Below the pieces are notes generated by a model. It was given only the letters and a program-made list of their open reading frames with translations. It ran no database searches and was not told the DNA's origin. Positions 1 to 12,571 of a stretch of 64,000 nt of DNA are shown in pieces (the first letter of the stretch is position 1; every line of letters begins with the position of its first letter). The DNA lies in the NCBI GenBank assembly GCA_001642005.1, contig LWCA01000059.1, forward strand, positions 1 to 64,000. Direction: 5' to 3'. Origin of the DNA: Intoshia linei (taxonomy: Eukaryota; Animalia; Orthonectida). The translations under genes were made by a program, and so were the position numbers.

Positions 1-2762
1 ATTTAATGTTATAATTATTTAGCTATGTGGAGCTTGTTGAATATGAAGCATATACCGATGAAGATATTTAAAACCGTGACTATATTTTTAATTTCGTATT
101 ATATTGTGGACAAATTTAATTCTCGTTTATATTTTTAAGTAAAATTATGTGTAACTTAGTTGTAACGTTGTATACTAACATCTGTATAACAAAGTTATGT
201 TTGACATTTCTTTATTTACTATTATAAACGTCCTTGAAAGATTACAAAGACTTAGAAATATTTAATTTTTAATTAAAGGTTTATAATATTCTTCAAGACT
301 TTACATTAGTGCAAAATGTTAATGCGTATTAATATTATTTATTAATCCGCATAAATTGTCGTATTTAAACCTACTCCATAGTAAATTTCATCATACTAAT
401 AGATTATACGAGATAAATTATAAATTTGTATGTAAGTTTAGTTTATTTAATCATTATGGATTTGTACAATTTATTAAACGTCATTTTGATCAAGAAATAA
501 TAGAATATTATGAAAATTATCATAGGAAATGTTTTGAAAAATACATTTGGCACTTCTGATAAACTAAATATTATGGGAATAGATTTTATATCGATATTAC
601 GAAAATAAAAAATTAATCAATGAAGCATAAAATTGTAATCAATTCAGCCAAAAGAGTCTTACAAAAATATAAACGATCATTAAATTTGTACACAAAAGAA
701 AAAGAAATTCAAAATACAGTGATGATTTTTAATACATTTTTTATAAATGCTTGGATGAGTTACATTCCCGTTTATAATATATTTTGGGTTAAAATTTATA
801 AAATTTTTTATTTTGTTGGTATTTTGCGTTGAGGATATATAAAATTTTGGTTGGATTATGACAATCTTAAGTTTCTTATAAAAGTAGACTAAAATTTTTG
901 AAATGATAGACAAATTTCTACATTTAACCCATCACAAAGATCAAAACAAAATGATAAATATAGCTATAATTTGAAATTTATTTTTCATATTATAGAATAA
1001 CATCAATGGTACATGACGCAGCTTAACATTATTTATTAAAATATACGAACATTATTAAATTGTCAAGACAAACAAAGCATGAATTCAAGTTTTTGTAAAA
1101 AAAATTAAGAAAAACATAAAAATAAACTTCAATTTAGCTATTTTTTGTTAATTATTTAATTGATCAACGATGAGTCATTAATGAGTATTTTTCAGAATTG
1201 GTTATCGGATTGTCATTTTTTTTCAAATTACATCTTATCTACTTGGTATATTTTTGAATTTCTTAAAAAAAATATTTGATGTGACACCCTAATATATATG
1301 TCTAGTGCATAATTTTCACTTTACAATACGAGTTTGGCAGAATGCATGAACTCGAAGAGTAAGAGCATTCAACACATGAGTTTTGTAAAAGTGTGAAAAT
1401 TATAAGCTATGACATGTAATTTTTTTACTATTTAGTCTATTGAATCAAAATTTCAATTTTTGCATGTTGAAATATATAAATAATTTATTTTCAAAAACTT
1501 TATTATTTAACGATATTATATTATGGATTATTCTATGTTACAGGCAATTTGAATTATTGAATTTAATTATTCCATTCCATTGGTATTGTTCCACATGCCA
1601 AAAGTTGTACTTTGTCGTAGTAAATAAACTTAAAAATTGAAATTTAACTTAAATGTTTTTTTCTAATAAAAAATTAATCAAAAACATATTTTGTTTATAA
1701 GCAATAAAGTACTACTTTTAGTACGACAAAAATATGGTCAGTAGGGTGTTAACTTTTTGATCGAATTTTAGAAATTAAAAAAATACAGGGTCGTACGGTA
1801 TGAGAAATGCAATGAAAATAACATCTGCGGTGTTTGTTTTTAATATTATTACAAAAACATCGGCCTGCCTGCAATTTAAAAATACCCATAATATTTTGAA
1901 CTGAAATTTATTATTATTATATTATTTTTTATGATTATTAATTTCAAGCGATTAACGGTGTCATTATCTAATTCACCGTCAATACATGTAACCGATTTAA
2001 TTTTTGTAGGGATTTGAAAGTATTTATGGTACTGTCGTTACTTCACACCGTAAAGAATCTGAGAAATAGTATAAATAAATTTTTTTAATAGAAGTGGAAA
2101 GGTTGCTTTTTATGAGTGAATTCTACGGTAGAACATTTAACAGTGAAAAAATATACATATGATGCAACAAACTTTTTTAAATGTATCATTATAATTCAAC
2201 TTACAACCATACAACTTGTATGGGTCCAACAGTTACGAATTTGGCTTCCTTAAAATTTCATCAACTTTATACTCGTGATGTATAATTTCTGTGAGATTTT
2301 ATATACGAATTATAGTTTTGTCAAAAATGTTGCTTCTCAAAGATATCTACATGAGATTGAGGGTTCCTTTTATTTTACAGATAGAATATGGAAGACATGA
2401 AACATTACAATCTGATTAGAATCAAAATAATTATTATTTTTTCATTGAGCTGAATTTTATTAAGTGATTTATGTCAATTATATTACGTTTATATTATTTT
2501 GACACAAAAAAAAAATTTAGCAATTACTGATGAAATTTTGAATATAAAATAGAAAGAAAAAAATATTTTTTTGTCATTAATTAGACCCATTTTAATTTTT
2601 TTCGCAGGCAGGTAAGATTGTTGTCAATAGAAATGACGATTTGAATAAATAATATAAATATAATGGCAAGGTTACACACAATGTTATAAATCTTATTTCT
2701 GAAAACTATTTCCTTTCAGCAGCCTGATGTTTTTCAAAATTTAGGCTTAAAGAATGATATAA

Positions 2763-5700
2763 TTATACATCAATACTTTTGATAGCATTCCAAGCATAAT
2801 CAACATCTTGTTCCTTGGTTGACTCGGCACAAATTACGAAACGTAGTATAAAAATGTCTTTAACCATAGCACCGATAATGTGTATACGTCCATCTCTGTT
2901 AATTTTATCCAATATATCTTGATTGCAACTATTGGAACCCTGAAAATAATATAACATAAATAAAATGTACCTTGTGTCGAAAACAAACTAATCCCATGTT
3001 GACAGGATGCGTGATATAAAAATGGTCATCCTTTATCACATAACTTTCAAAACGATGTGCCAATTTGATTTGCTACTTTTATTATATACATATAAACTGT
3101 ATTATAGACGTTCTCAACCTTTATCTTTTAACGGCCACGTTAAAATTTAAATATATTTAAATTAAAACTTTAGTTTTAATTATTATGGTCGTAATTAATT
3201 ATTAAACACTTTCTTAATAAGATTATTTTACCGTAAACATTAACTGAATAATATTTTAAAGACTCTTGGATTTTGAGGATTGTTAGAATATGCAAAATTA
3301 CGATTTTTCCATGCATGAAACGCTATGCACCAGTTTAAGTGTCCCACAATGAAAGTATAATATAGATTTGGATACTCAACCTGTCATTTGAAAAATTTTA
3401 AAATTTTTGCTTGGTGTTCTTAAATTAAACGTTTTTTATGATTTTTATAGACATTTTTTCTTATGTCCATTATATTGTTATAAACATCTTAGATAAACCA
3501 TATTATTATTTAAATTTTGTTGAAAATATAATAATCTTATTGTCTAATCTCTTTTAGAGGTTAAATTAAAATAAATTTGATATATAACTACATTAAAGAA
3601 TCTCTGAATAAATATTCTAATTTATCGTAAATCTTATGTTTGACCTTATATTAAAAAGTAATCTTAATTTTAGATTGTAATATATAGTACAGTAACAATT
3701 ATTATATTTTACATTTAATACAATTTGGTATTTTTAACACATATCAAAATTCTTATATAATTATACATTAGGGCAGGGGTGGCCAATTTTTTACATACAA
3801 TGCACGATATTTTTATCATGCTATCTCAGATTAGCCAAATTTTTATGTGAAACTTCGGTTACTAATAGAATTTATACGTATAGAAATATAAAGTATTAAA
3901 TTAAACACAAAATTAACTTTGATATTGATATAAAATAAAATATTGAGAAAATTTAAATCCATTTTGAGAAAGTGATCAAAGTCAAAAATGTAACTTTATT
4001 TTATAATTATTATGATAGAAATATTTTAAATTGAATGGAATCTGATTTAAACTTTTTCAATTTTAACTAAAATGATATATTTCATTGTATTGTATTAATA
4101 CAATAAAGCAACCACAAATATTCTTACAATATAGTATTTATTTCATAAAAAATGTGAACGTATGCATATTAGAACTAATCTGTATTCAAAAATTTTTTCT
4201 TTGTGTAAATTGATACTAATACATTTTCTGCTAATTGACGATTTCATTAATAATCATATGATTAAAAGTAACATATTCATACAGATATTTTTTAAGACAC
4301 TGGCATAAATTTTATCTTAATTTGACGTTTAAAAGTGACCACTGTATTAAGGCCTATATTTTAATCTAAATTTAAAAAATAATATGATTTAGCAAGGATG
4401 TTTATAACAAATGACTTGTTATTGATAGAAAAAAATTAAATGATAATAAATTTTAAAAATACTTTGTGTATATTTAAAGATTTCAAACATCTACTGTAAT
4501 GAGAAAACGTCTATGTTGATAAACCTTATTTAATATTATATTATTTTATATTAATAAATACGTATCGAATATATTGTTGCAATCCATCAACTCCATAGGA
4601 TCTGATTACAAACCACAATTTTAAGGATCTAAATCTTCTCCCTAATGGAATTTGCCAATGCTAGTAATATGTTTATTGTATTATATTTATAATAAATTAT
4701 TGACTATAATATTTATATAAATCAGCTCTGAAGAACACGTTACCAGCGGGAAATTGTTGTCCATGTGGAATTTTATTGCTGCCCGCCACTTAAATTTTTT
4801 AATTTAGAGGATTTTTCATCTTACAGTTTATTTAGCTTATTTAGCTTAGGAGTGACATCTATACTGAATATCGATAGAGGGGGAAGAATAAGAATGAAAT
4901 TTGTAAACTGAGCCATTTAAATTAAATCATTAATGTAGTGAAAATTTAATCAAAATTTAAATTATAAACTCATTGGCTTGTAATTATATGTAGAATAACT
5001 AAATTTATTAATAAATACATGTATTATTAAAATGAATTAAAACTTTATCACTTAACTTAAAATTTGTAAATTTTTTTAAAGAAATATAAAAATTTGACTT
5101 TCAAAATTTTATAATGGAAATATATATAGAAATTGAAATAAACTGTTGATAAAAAACAAATCCAATATATACAATATAATTAAAATTATAATTTAATTCA
5201 GTGGCCACCAAACTACCACCCGCGTGCCAAACCTGGGCCGCAATTCAATTTTATTCGGTCCGCGAATTACAAAGTTATTGCAAAATATACCCGTCATATC
5301 TTACAAATTATCATATATCATCGACTTGTCATTTCTAGATCATGAGAAACATATAAATTAATTAACTTAAATTTTAATTAATAAATTACTCTAAAATCAA
5401 TAGCGTTTTTATCATTAGCATATTGTAAATATGAAGGGTTGATTTTGAATGTCTCTGTAAAGTATTTGTGGTTCTTTAACCTGTAATTTTAAATAAATTA
5501 AATTAAATTTTAATTACACAGTCCAACACCAAAAACATGCAAGGATGATGAATACATCATTTTGTTCGTCTCAACGAGCTGGTCAACGTTAATCACGTTC
5601 AAATTTGTTTTAAAATTGATGTTAAAGTTGCATAAATGCTCAAAATAGAGGATTTTAAAGCCATATGAAACACAATTAAAAATGCCGATTATTTGTTTTA

Positions 5701-8008
5701 TGAAGTAATAATATATTAATTAATGTCATACTATATTTTGTTTAATCAAAAATATTATTCTTTTTGAGAAACGTCAAATAATGTAATTCGACCAAATTAT
5801 ATGAGATCAAAATATTGAAATGCAAGTTAAACAGTATAATGTATAACATAAAGTCAAGTAAAATCTTTATTACGCAACATAAGCTGGAATTAATTAGTAT
5901 TAAAGACCACATTACACAAATTTTCTCTATAATTAGTAGCAGAATGGCAGAATTAGTGGCAGCTCGTCATTAAAGTCAGAATTGACAAATTATTTAAAAA
6001 TTATAATTTTATAATACACAGTACAAAGAAAATTGTAATAGTTTGAGCTTCACTGTTTGCAGCCTGAAATTTGTAAATTTCGTTATATAACCATCATATT
6101 ACAATTCAATAAATTAAACACAAATTGTAATTTCTATTCAAAATGTAATAATGTGGGCTGCACTGTTTGCAGTCCGTGATTTGTGAATTTAAGTATGTAA
6201 CTTAAACATTGAAATTCACAAATTAAAAAGTGTAATAGCCATATTACAGTTCAATACATAAAACATACATGTTCTTGCAGTCATCAAATTATTTTGTGCA
6301 CTAGCCGCCACTGAAATCAATGTAACATTTATTGAAAATAGTAATTTTCTGTCAAAATAGGGAAGAGGCCGCAACCTTCTGCATCTCGTGGGCCACTTTT
6401 TTAAATTAAAAAATTATATGGGCCCCGTTTTTACAACTTTAAACATGATCGATTTCAATTTTAACTGAAGAGAAACGTTTCTAGTATATTCAACAAAATA
6501 AAATCCGGGACAATCTGAAAATTTAGTATTAAAATGATTATAATGAGCCAATTATACAATTATATTGTAGTAGAAAATGTTCAAAACGGTGATTAAAAGT
6601 TGAAAAATTTAAAAATAAATAATTAACATATTTACTCAAATAAGCATCAAAATTATTCTGTGGGCCACTGGTTGTCAACTCTTGCAGTGAAAAGGTAACA
6701 TTGTTAATCTGTTAAAACATTATTTACTATATAAAATTTATTTTACTAATTTTAGATTGTAATATTAAAATCTAAATTTATTTACCATAAAGCTGAAACA
6801 TCATAGTTAACTAAGAGCCATTTATGAGGGTTGAAATTAAATGAATCTGCAAGCTAATATGTAATGAAATTTAATTTACTATTATTATTGAAATTACTTC
6901 TATTCCTTTCATATAAAACCTATATTCAGGGCAAATAAATGCAGACCCAGCGTATGCTGAATCAATATGTAACCAGATATCATGAACTTTAGCTATAATA
7001 TTAATAATCATCATTATTCATATATAAACTTATATTTCCAATTAATGCTAGATTGTCGAATGAGCACGTTGATGTTGTCCCTAGAGTAGCAACAACCTAT
7101 GTAATTATTATTAAAATATATATATCAATATTTTTAAATTACGTAGAATGGATATAAACCGTTAAGTTTATCAGCCAAAATGGTACTACTCAGCTCTGAA
7201 ACATTCATACTGTTATCCTCGTTTGTAGGTATTTTACGTAATATTACGGAAGCTAACATCCCTGCTCTTTCCACGGAACTGTGTGACTTGTAAAAAAATT
7301 AAATATAATTATAATACATAATTATGATCAATTAATATTTAAAATACCTGATCTGATCCATACATGACTAATTTATGTAGTTGATCTGACGCTTTTGTTT
7401 TTTGTAATAATTTCGATCGAGCAGCCATCAAACAAATTAATGTAGATTCACTGGCTGATGCCTAAAATTAATTATTTTTCGTAAAAAATGCATTCACTTG
7501 AATGACTCCACCACCTGTTTTAGAGTTTGATTTAAAATGCTCAGGTAAATCAAGCATTTCACAGAGCCAGTCCATCATGACAATCTCCAATTCTGTACAA
7601 GATGGACTCGATATCTAAAGTTATCGAGATATAATATGTTAATACAAAATTAAACCCACGAAAATCCAACACATCCTAGACAGCTTGACAGCATATCGGC
7701 ACAAATTGACGGGTACGATTGTCCGGCTGGAAAATATGCGAAAAATTTGGGACTATTCCAGTGCGTAGTCTACACTTTTATTAATAATACTATTTTAAAA
7801 ACTATACCCCACCAACAATATGTTTTTTAAAATCTTCCATAATATCCTGAAATTTATGACCTTCGCTAGGAGGGTGTTCTGGTAGACATAATTCCATAAA
7901 CCCTGGCTCAACCTTTGAAAGTACTGGTAATTCACGAATGCTATCCATATAATCGGCAATGTAATCGACGATCTCTTTACCCACCTTTCTAAATTCTTTA
8001 CTATCCAT
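2763..8008 (-). CDS. DDC: Aromatic-L-amino-acid (DOPA) decarboxylase, multi-exon
   Basis: Spliced exons read [20 protein letters not shown]..., [58 protein letters not shown]-lysine motif [11 protein letters not shown] (~6800-6850), [18 protein letters not shown] (~4600-4660) and a last exon ending at 2763. Gly in HWQIPLGRR fits DDC rather than HDC/TDC, which have Ser. All introns are GT-AG. Confidence 0.93.
3774..4344. mobile_element. hAT-type MITE in DDC intron
   Basis: CAGGGGTGGCC...GTGACCACTG termini; degenerate 8-bp TSD CATTAGGG/TATTAAGG. Confidence 0.6.
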
Positions 8009-8809
8009 GTATATTTAAATATTTTTGTCAATACTGGTATTTTAAATGTTATTTATTCGAGTTTATTTACAGAATATCAAATTCTAAGACCACTATATAA
8101 AAATGACTAATTACATTCCAACTGTTAATTAGAATAATAAACAGCTTAAATAAATACATATATATAGTTTTTTCAATGTCGACACTTACTCATAGATTAT
8201 TAAACATTAATAATTCCACTTTAGCTATTTTTTTGCAATTATATCAAACCTGTGTTTGTTCACACTTTCTTATGGTGTACAGTTTTTTGATGAATTTAAA
8301 TATGAGAAATTTATTTTTAGTTAGTTTTGCGAGGTTTTTGATAAAGGTCGCTATTTTATATATATTAAATAAGGTTGGCAATTTATTGAATAAATTTTTA
8401 CCCGTAAATTACCTATACATTTTATTTATACATTTATATTTAATTATTTATCAAAACTAATTTAATATCAGATATTTTGTATCAGATAGATAATAAATTA
8501 TATATTATTTAATTTATTAAACATTTATTTTTTGAAATAGTATTTTAAGAATATCAATGCATTAACAAAATCTGCAGATATTCTAGATCGACTATTAGTA
8601 ATTTATTGCCGGCAGCACAAAATTCCTTTTATGACTTTGACTCAATGGTAGGTTTAATACTTGTCAGTGCGGGTATAACCTTGTTACATTATCGGTTCTC
8701 ATTCCTTATCTTTCGAAAGCTGATAATTCACCAATTACTGTTTTTAATATTTTTTATTAGTTATCTGGATATAACTGTATTAATTGTTATTTTTGTAAAA
8801 TAGTGTTTA

Positions 8810-9305
8810 AATTCTAGGACTATTTTCATTTTTAACAAAATAAAATGGTATTCTCTGGTTTTAATCGTGAAAATGCACTTTTTGGAGGTTGCAATGTATG
8901 ATAATGTTTATGATTTTTAAACATATACCACAATTGACGTTGTATAACATTCTAGGGCTTTTATCATTTTTACTAAAAGAGGGTAATTTGTGGTTTTGGC
9001 CGTGAAGATATAAGATTTTCGAATTTAAATTTATCATAATGGTTATGATTTTAAATGTTTATCAGATTGTGTATTTGTTATAATTCTAGGACTCGTTAGA
9101 ATTTAAAAAAAAAGATGATTTGGTTTTTTGACCTTCAACGACTCAATTTCTGAAATTTGCATTAAATTTGCTATAAAACAACACACTCGACAAACTGCAT
9201 TAGAAATGGGATTAGTAAAAATCTACGCCTCTTAAATAAACTGGAACAAACAAATAAATAAACGGACATACCTTTTTAACTAAATTACTTTATATAAGTT
9301 AGGAT
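8810..9305 (+). repeat. Dispersed repeat with ~135-bp degenerate internal tandem units
   Basis: Units begin ATTCTAGG at ~8810, ~8950 and ~9083; reverse-oriented relatives at ~37140-37330/37800-37930 and ~61000-61090. Confidence 0.6.
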
Positions 9306-9637
9306 TTACCTTTATAAATTTAAAAAATATTTTACCGGTAATTTACCTAAATATTTTTATTATTAATTTAAACATAAATTTTGTCGATTCCTAATATTTT
9401 CAGAGTACTTTACTACATTGTACAAATTATATATCAAGTTAAGTTCAATCATAGCGGTTATTAATTTATTTTATGTAGTTTACTTTTTAGTTATTATTCG
9501 ATATGCATTAACTTTGATTATACAGTAATTCAATAGTATTAATTTAACCTTGACATTATTTATTCAAATGTACATTCAAATGTAGTTATACATTATAGTA
9601 CAAAAATATTTTCTAAATTTAATACATTGTATTAAAC

Positions 9638-9956
9638 CAGTGGTTCCCGAAAGGGGGTCATTGGACCCCGGGTCCAAAACTACATGCCTTGGGGTCGGTA
9701 AGATTCAAATAAACTATAAAAATATAAATATATATATTAAAAAGTCTACCAACCTAAATTATAAGAAAAATCACCTTTTCTAATATTTTTTTGAAAAACA
9801 CGATTTTACCAAATCTTATTAGAAATAACCTTTAATTTGGTCATAAAATTTATGTACATGTGTATTTCATGTTTCCTTTGGGGTCAAAAAAAATAATATT
9901 TTGAAATGTGGATCGGTAGTACGGACTCCGTACACTGTTTAAATCGGACAATACTG
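9638..9956. mobile_element. hAT-type MITE
   Basis: CAGTGGTTCCC start, ..ATACTG end; TSD TATTAAAC/TATTAATC. Confidence 0.6.
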
Positions 9957-10528
9957 TATTAATCATTTAAAATGTAAAATGAATGCATTATTTTTCCTGA
10001 TGGCTGGATATCCTATACGAGAATTCCATTATATGGTTTCGACCATGGCGTGGTAAACCACTCACAAAATTTTGTGAACCCTGAAACTGGTCACCTCACA
10101 CAAATAAGATTGAATCGTTATGGGCTTCATTAGTTTAGCACATTTTACACAAAATAAACTTTTTAAATTTCTGTGAAATTATGTATTTTTTTATCATTTC
10201 ACATTACACATATCTATAGAAATGTGGGAACATTGTTGATTTAGAATCTAAATCAATAATCTAAATTTGAGATTAAGTATTGGCACGGTCGAAAGAAAAA
10301 TAATAATAATTGTAATTCGAAATACAGTCCGACAGGAACTATTTATAAATAAAGAGATAAACCGAGAATATAAATATGATTACATAATTCATTTATTCAT
10401 TCAGGTCAATATTGTATTCACAGTAAATACCAATAAAGTTTATTTGAAATTATTTGATTTCTGTTTGTTGACTGATATAAAAAATATTAAAATAAAATAT
10501 CTTAAAATTGTACAATTAATATTGAAAA

Positions 10529-12478
10529 ATGGAAAGTATTGTCGAAGAATCTTTAGAAAAGCAAAAATATCTCGCTGTCGATGAAGATGTTTACAATCCA
10601 GCTGACTTTTTAGAAACCTCAATTGATCCGACAGATGAACTTTACCCTATTGCGGTACTGATTGATGAAATGAGAAATGATAATGTTCAATTGAGGCTGA
10701 ACAGTATCACAAATGTAAAAACAATTGCCTTTGCTTTGGGACCTGAAAGAACTAGAAATGAATTGATACCATATTTGACTGACAAAATTCATGATGATGA
10801 TGAAATATTATCTGTCATGGCCCTAAAACTGGGTGATTTTATTTCTTTGGTTGGAGGAATCGAATATTGCCATTTAATTCTAAAACCACTTGAAATGCTG
10901 TGTTCAAATGAAGATACGCAGGTTCGTAAGCGAACTATGGAGTCTTTAACTAAAATTATTGACAATATGGATATATCAGCGATAAATGAACACGTTGTTC
11001 CAATGATACACAGATTACACAAAGCTGAATGGTATTCAATGCGATGCGCTTGTTCCTGTTTACTAATAAATTCATATTTACATTCTGATGAAGACACCCA
11101 ATCAGAATTTCGTAATTTGTACATTTCTTTATTGCAGGATCCAGTAGCAATGGTACGCAGAGCCACAGTAAGTAGGTTTACCAATTTTATCAAAGTCGTT
11201 GACTTTCGTCATGTATATGAAGAATTGGTTCCAATATTTCAAACTCTTATATCTGATGGACAAGATTCTGTTAGATTTATGGTAGCAGAAGAATTTGCAG
11301 ATGCTATTAAGATTTTAGTACCTTCAGAAGTGTTTGATGAAACAAATGAGACTAGTGATATTCAAGAACGAAAAAAATGTATCATTGATGATAATTTAGT
11401 TGAAAAATTTTTCAATTTTTTGGAGGATTTGGTTAATGATTGTAGTTGGAGAGTTAGATGCGTCATTGCTAAAAATATATTTAAATTTCAAGAGTCTTTC
11501 GGAAAATGTTTATCAAATGAAAAAATTGCCAAATGTTACGGAAAATTACTCAAAGATGATGAACCTGAAGTTAAATCAGCAGCATCCTTGAGTTTTACTG
11601 ATTTTATGAATGCTGTTAGGGAGGAAGAACGTGAAGGTATTTACACGTCAATTTTTTCAGAATGCATTGTGGCATTATCATCTGATGTCAATGAATATGT
11701 CAAAATTTCACTTTCTTCTGTAATAATGAAACTGTCTAAAACAATGGGTATCGATTTTACCATTTCCGACCTACTACCTATATATTTGCAGTTATTGAAG
11801 GATGAATGTTCAAACGTTCGTTTAAACATAATATCCAACCTTAATTATGTCAATAATGTGATAGGAATGACACAATTAACGGAATGTTTATTACCCGCCA
11901 TGTTTGATCTAGCTAATGATGAAAAATGGAGAGTTAGGTTGGCTATACTTACATTGACTCCAGTTTTGGCGTCTCAACTGGGTGAAGAATTTTTTAATAA
12001 AGAATTCCTTAGTATTTGTTTCAAATGGCTGGATGATCCAGTTTACGAGATACGCAGAAGTGCAGCAATTACATTTGATGAAATCATTCAAAATTATGGC
12101 AAAGATTGGGCCAATGAAAAAGTTGTACCACAGCTTGTTCTTAAATTAGAGACATCATCCAATTATTTACGCAGATTGTCTATCATTAACTGCTTGGCCG
12201 TTATTTCTGAGCCATGTGGCACTGAAATTGTTGAAAATAATATTATCCCTGCTTTAATCAAACTCACAGAAGACAAAATTTCTAATGTTAGATTCAATGT
12301 ATGCAAAGCTTTTTTAAAAATCGATCAACTCATAAGTGGTGATTTTTACTATCAAAATATTGAACCTATTCTTAACGGCCTCATCAAAAATGACAAGGAT
12401 TCTCTAGTTAAATTTTTTGCTCAACAAACAATTGACAATATTCACAAAAAATCTATTCCACCAAAAAATTTTGATTAA
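10529..12478 (+). CDS. PPP2R1A: Protein phosphatase 2A 65 kDa scaffold (A) subunit, single exon
   Basis: 649-aa ORF with LYPIAVLIDEMRNDNVQLRLNSI..LGPERTRNELIPYL and HEAT repeats (SWRVR, NVRLNII, KWRVRLAI, NVRFNV). A-alpha versus A-beta paralog assignment is not meaningful here. Confidence 0.95.
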   Translation: MESIVEESLEKQKYLAVDEDVYNPADFLETSIDPTDELYPIAVLIDEMRNDNVQLRLNSITNVKTIAFALGPERTRNELIPYLTDKIHDDDEILSVMALKLGDFISLVGGIEYCHLILKPLEMLCSNEDTQVRKRTMESLTKIIDNMDISAINEHVVPMIHRLHKAEWYSMRCACSCLLINSYLHSDEDTQSEFRNLYISLLQDPVAMVRRATVSRFTNFIKVVDFRHVYEELVPIFQTLISDGQDSVRFMVAEEFADAIKILVPSEVFDETNETSDIQERKKCIIDDNLVEKFFNFLEDLVNDCSWRVRCVIAKNIFKFQESFGKCLSNEKIAKCYGKLLKDDEPEVKSAASLSFTDFMNAVREEEREGIYTSIFSECIVALSSDVNEYVKISLSSVIMKLSKTMGIDFTISDLLPIYLQLLKDECSNVRLNIISNLNYVNNVIGMTQLTECLLPAMFDLANDEKWRVRLAILTLTPVLASQLGEEFFNKEFLSICFKWLDDPVYEIRRSAAITFDEIIQNYGKDWANEKVVPQLVLKLETSSNYLRRLSIINCLAVISEPCGTEIVENNIIPALIKLTEDKISNVRFNVCKAFLKIDQLISGDFYYQNIEPILNGLIKNDKDSLVKFFAQQTIDNIHKKSIPPKNFD

Positions 12479-12571
12479 ATTTATATATTAACCAGCAAAT
12501 ATCCTCAATTGTGTTTCTATAGTTTTTAGATATGTATCTTAAATAAACTATTTGTAATATTATTTTGTATA

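Noticed and set aside
20-1060. Short ORFs with coding-like composition at the window start
   Set aside because: Interrupted by stops and frameshifts with no recognisable family. It may be a gene remnant or the exons of a gene starting upstream, but I cannot support a call.
8590-9305. Helitron-like identity for the repeat ending AACAAACAAATAAATAAACGGACATAC..CTTTATATAAGTTAGGAT
   Set aside because: Only a loose resemblance; diagnostic termini and hairpin were not confidently located, so it is kept as an unclassified repeat.
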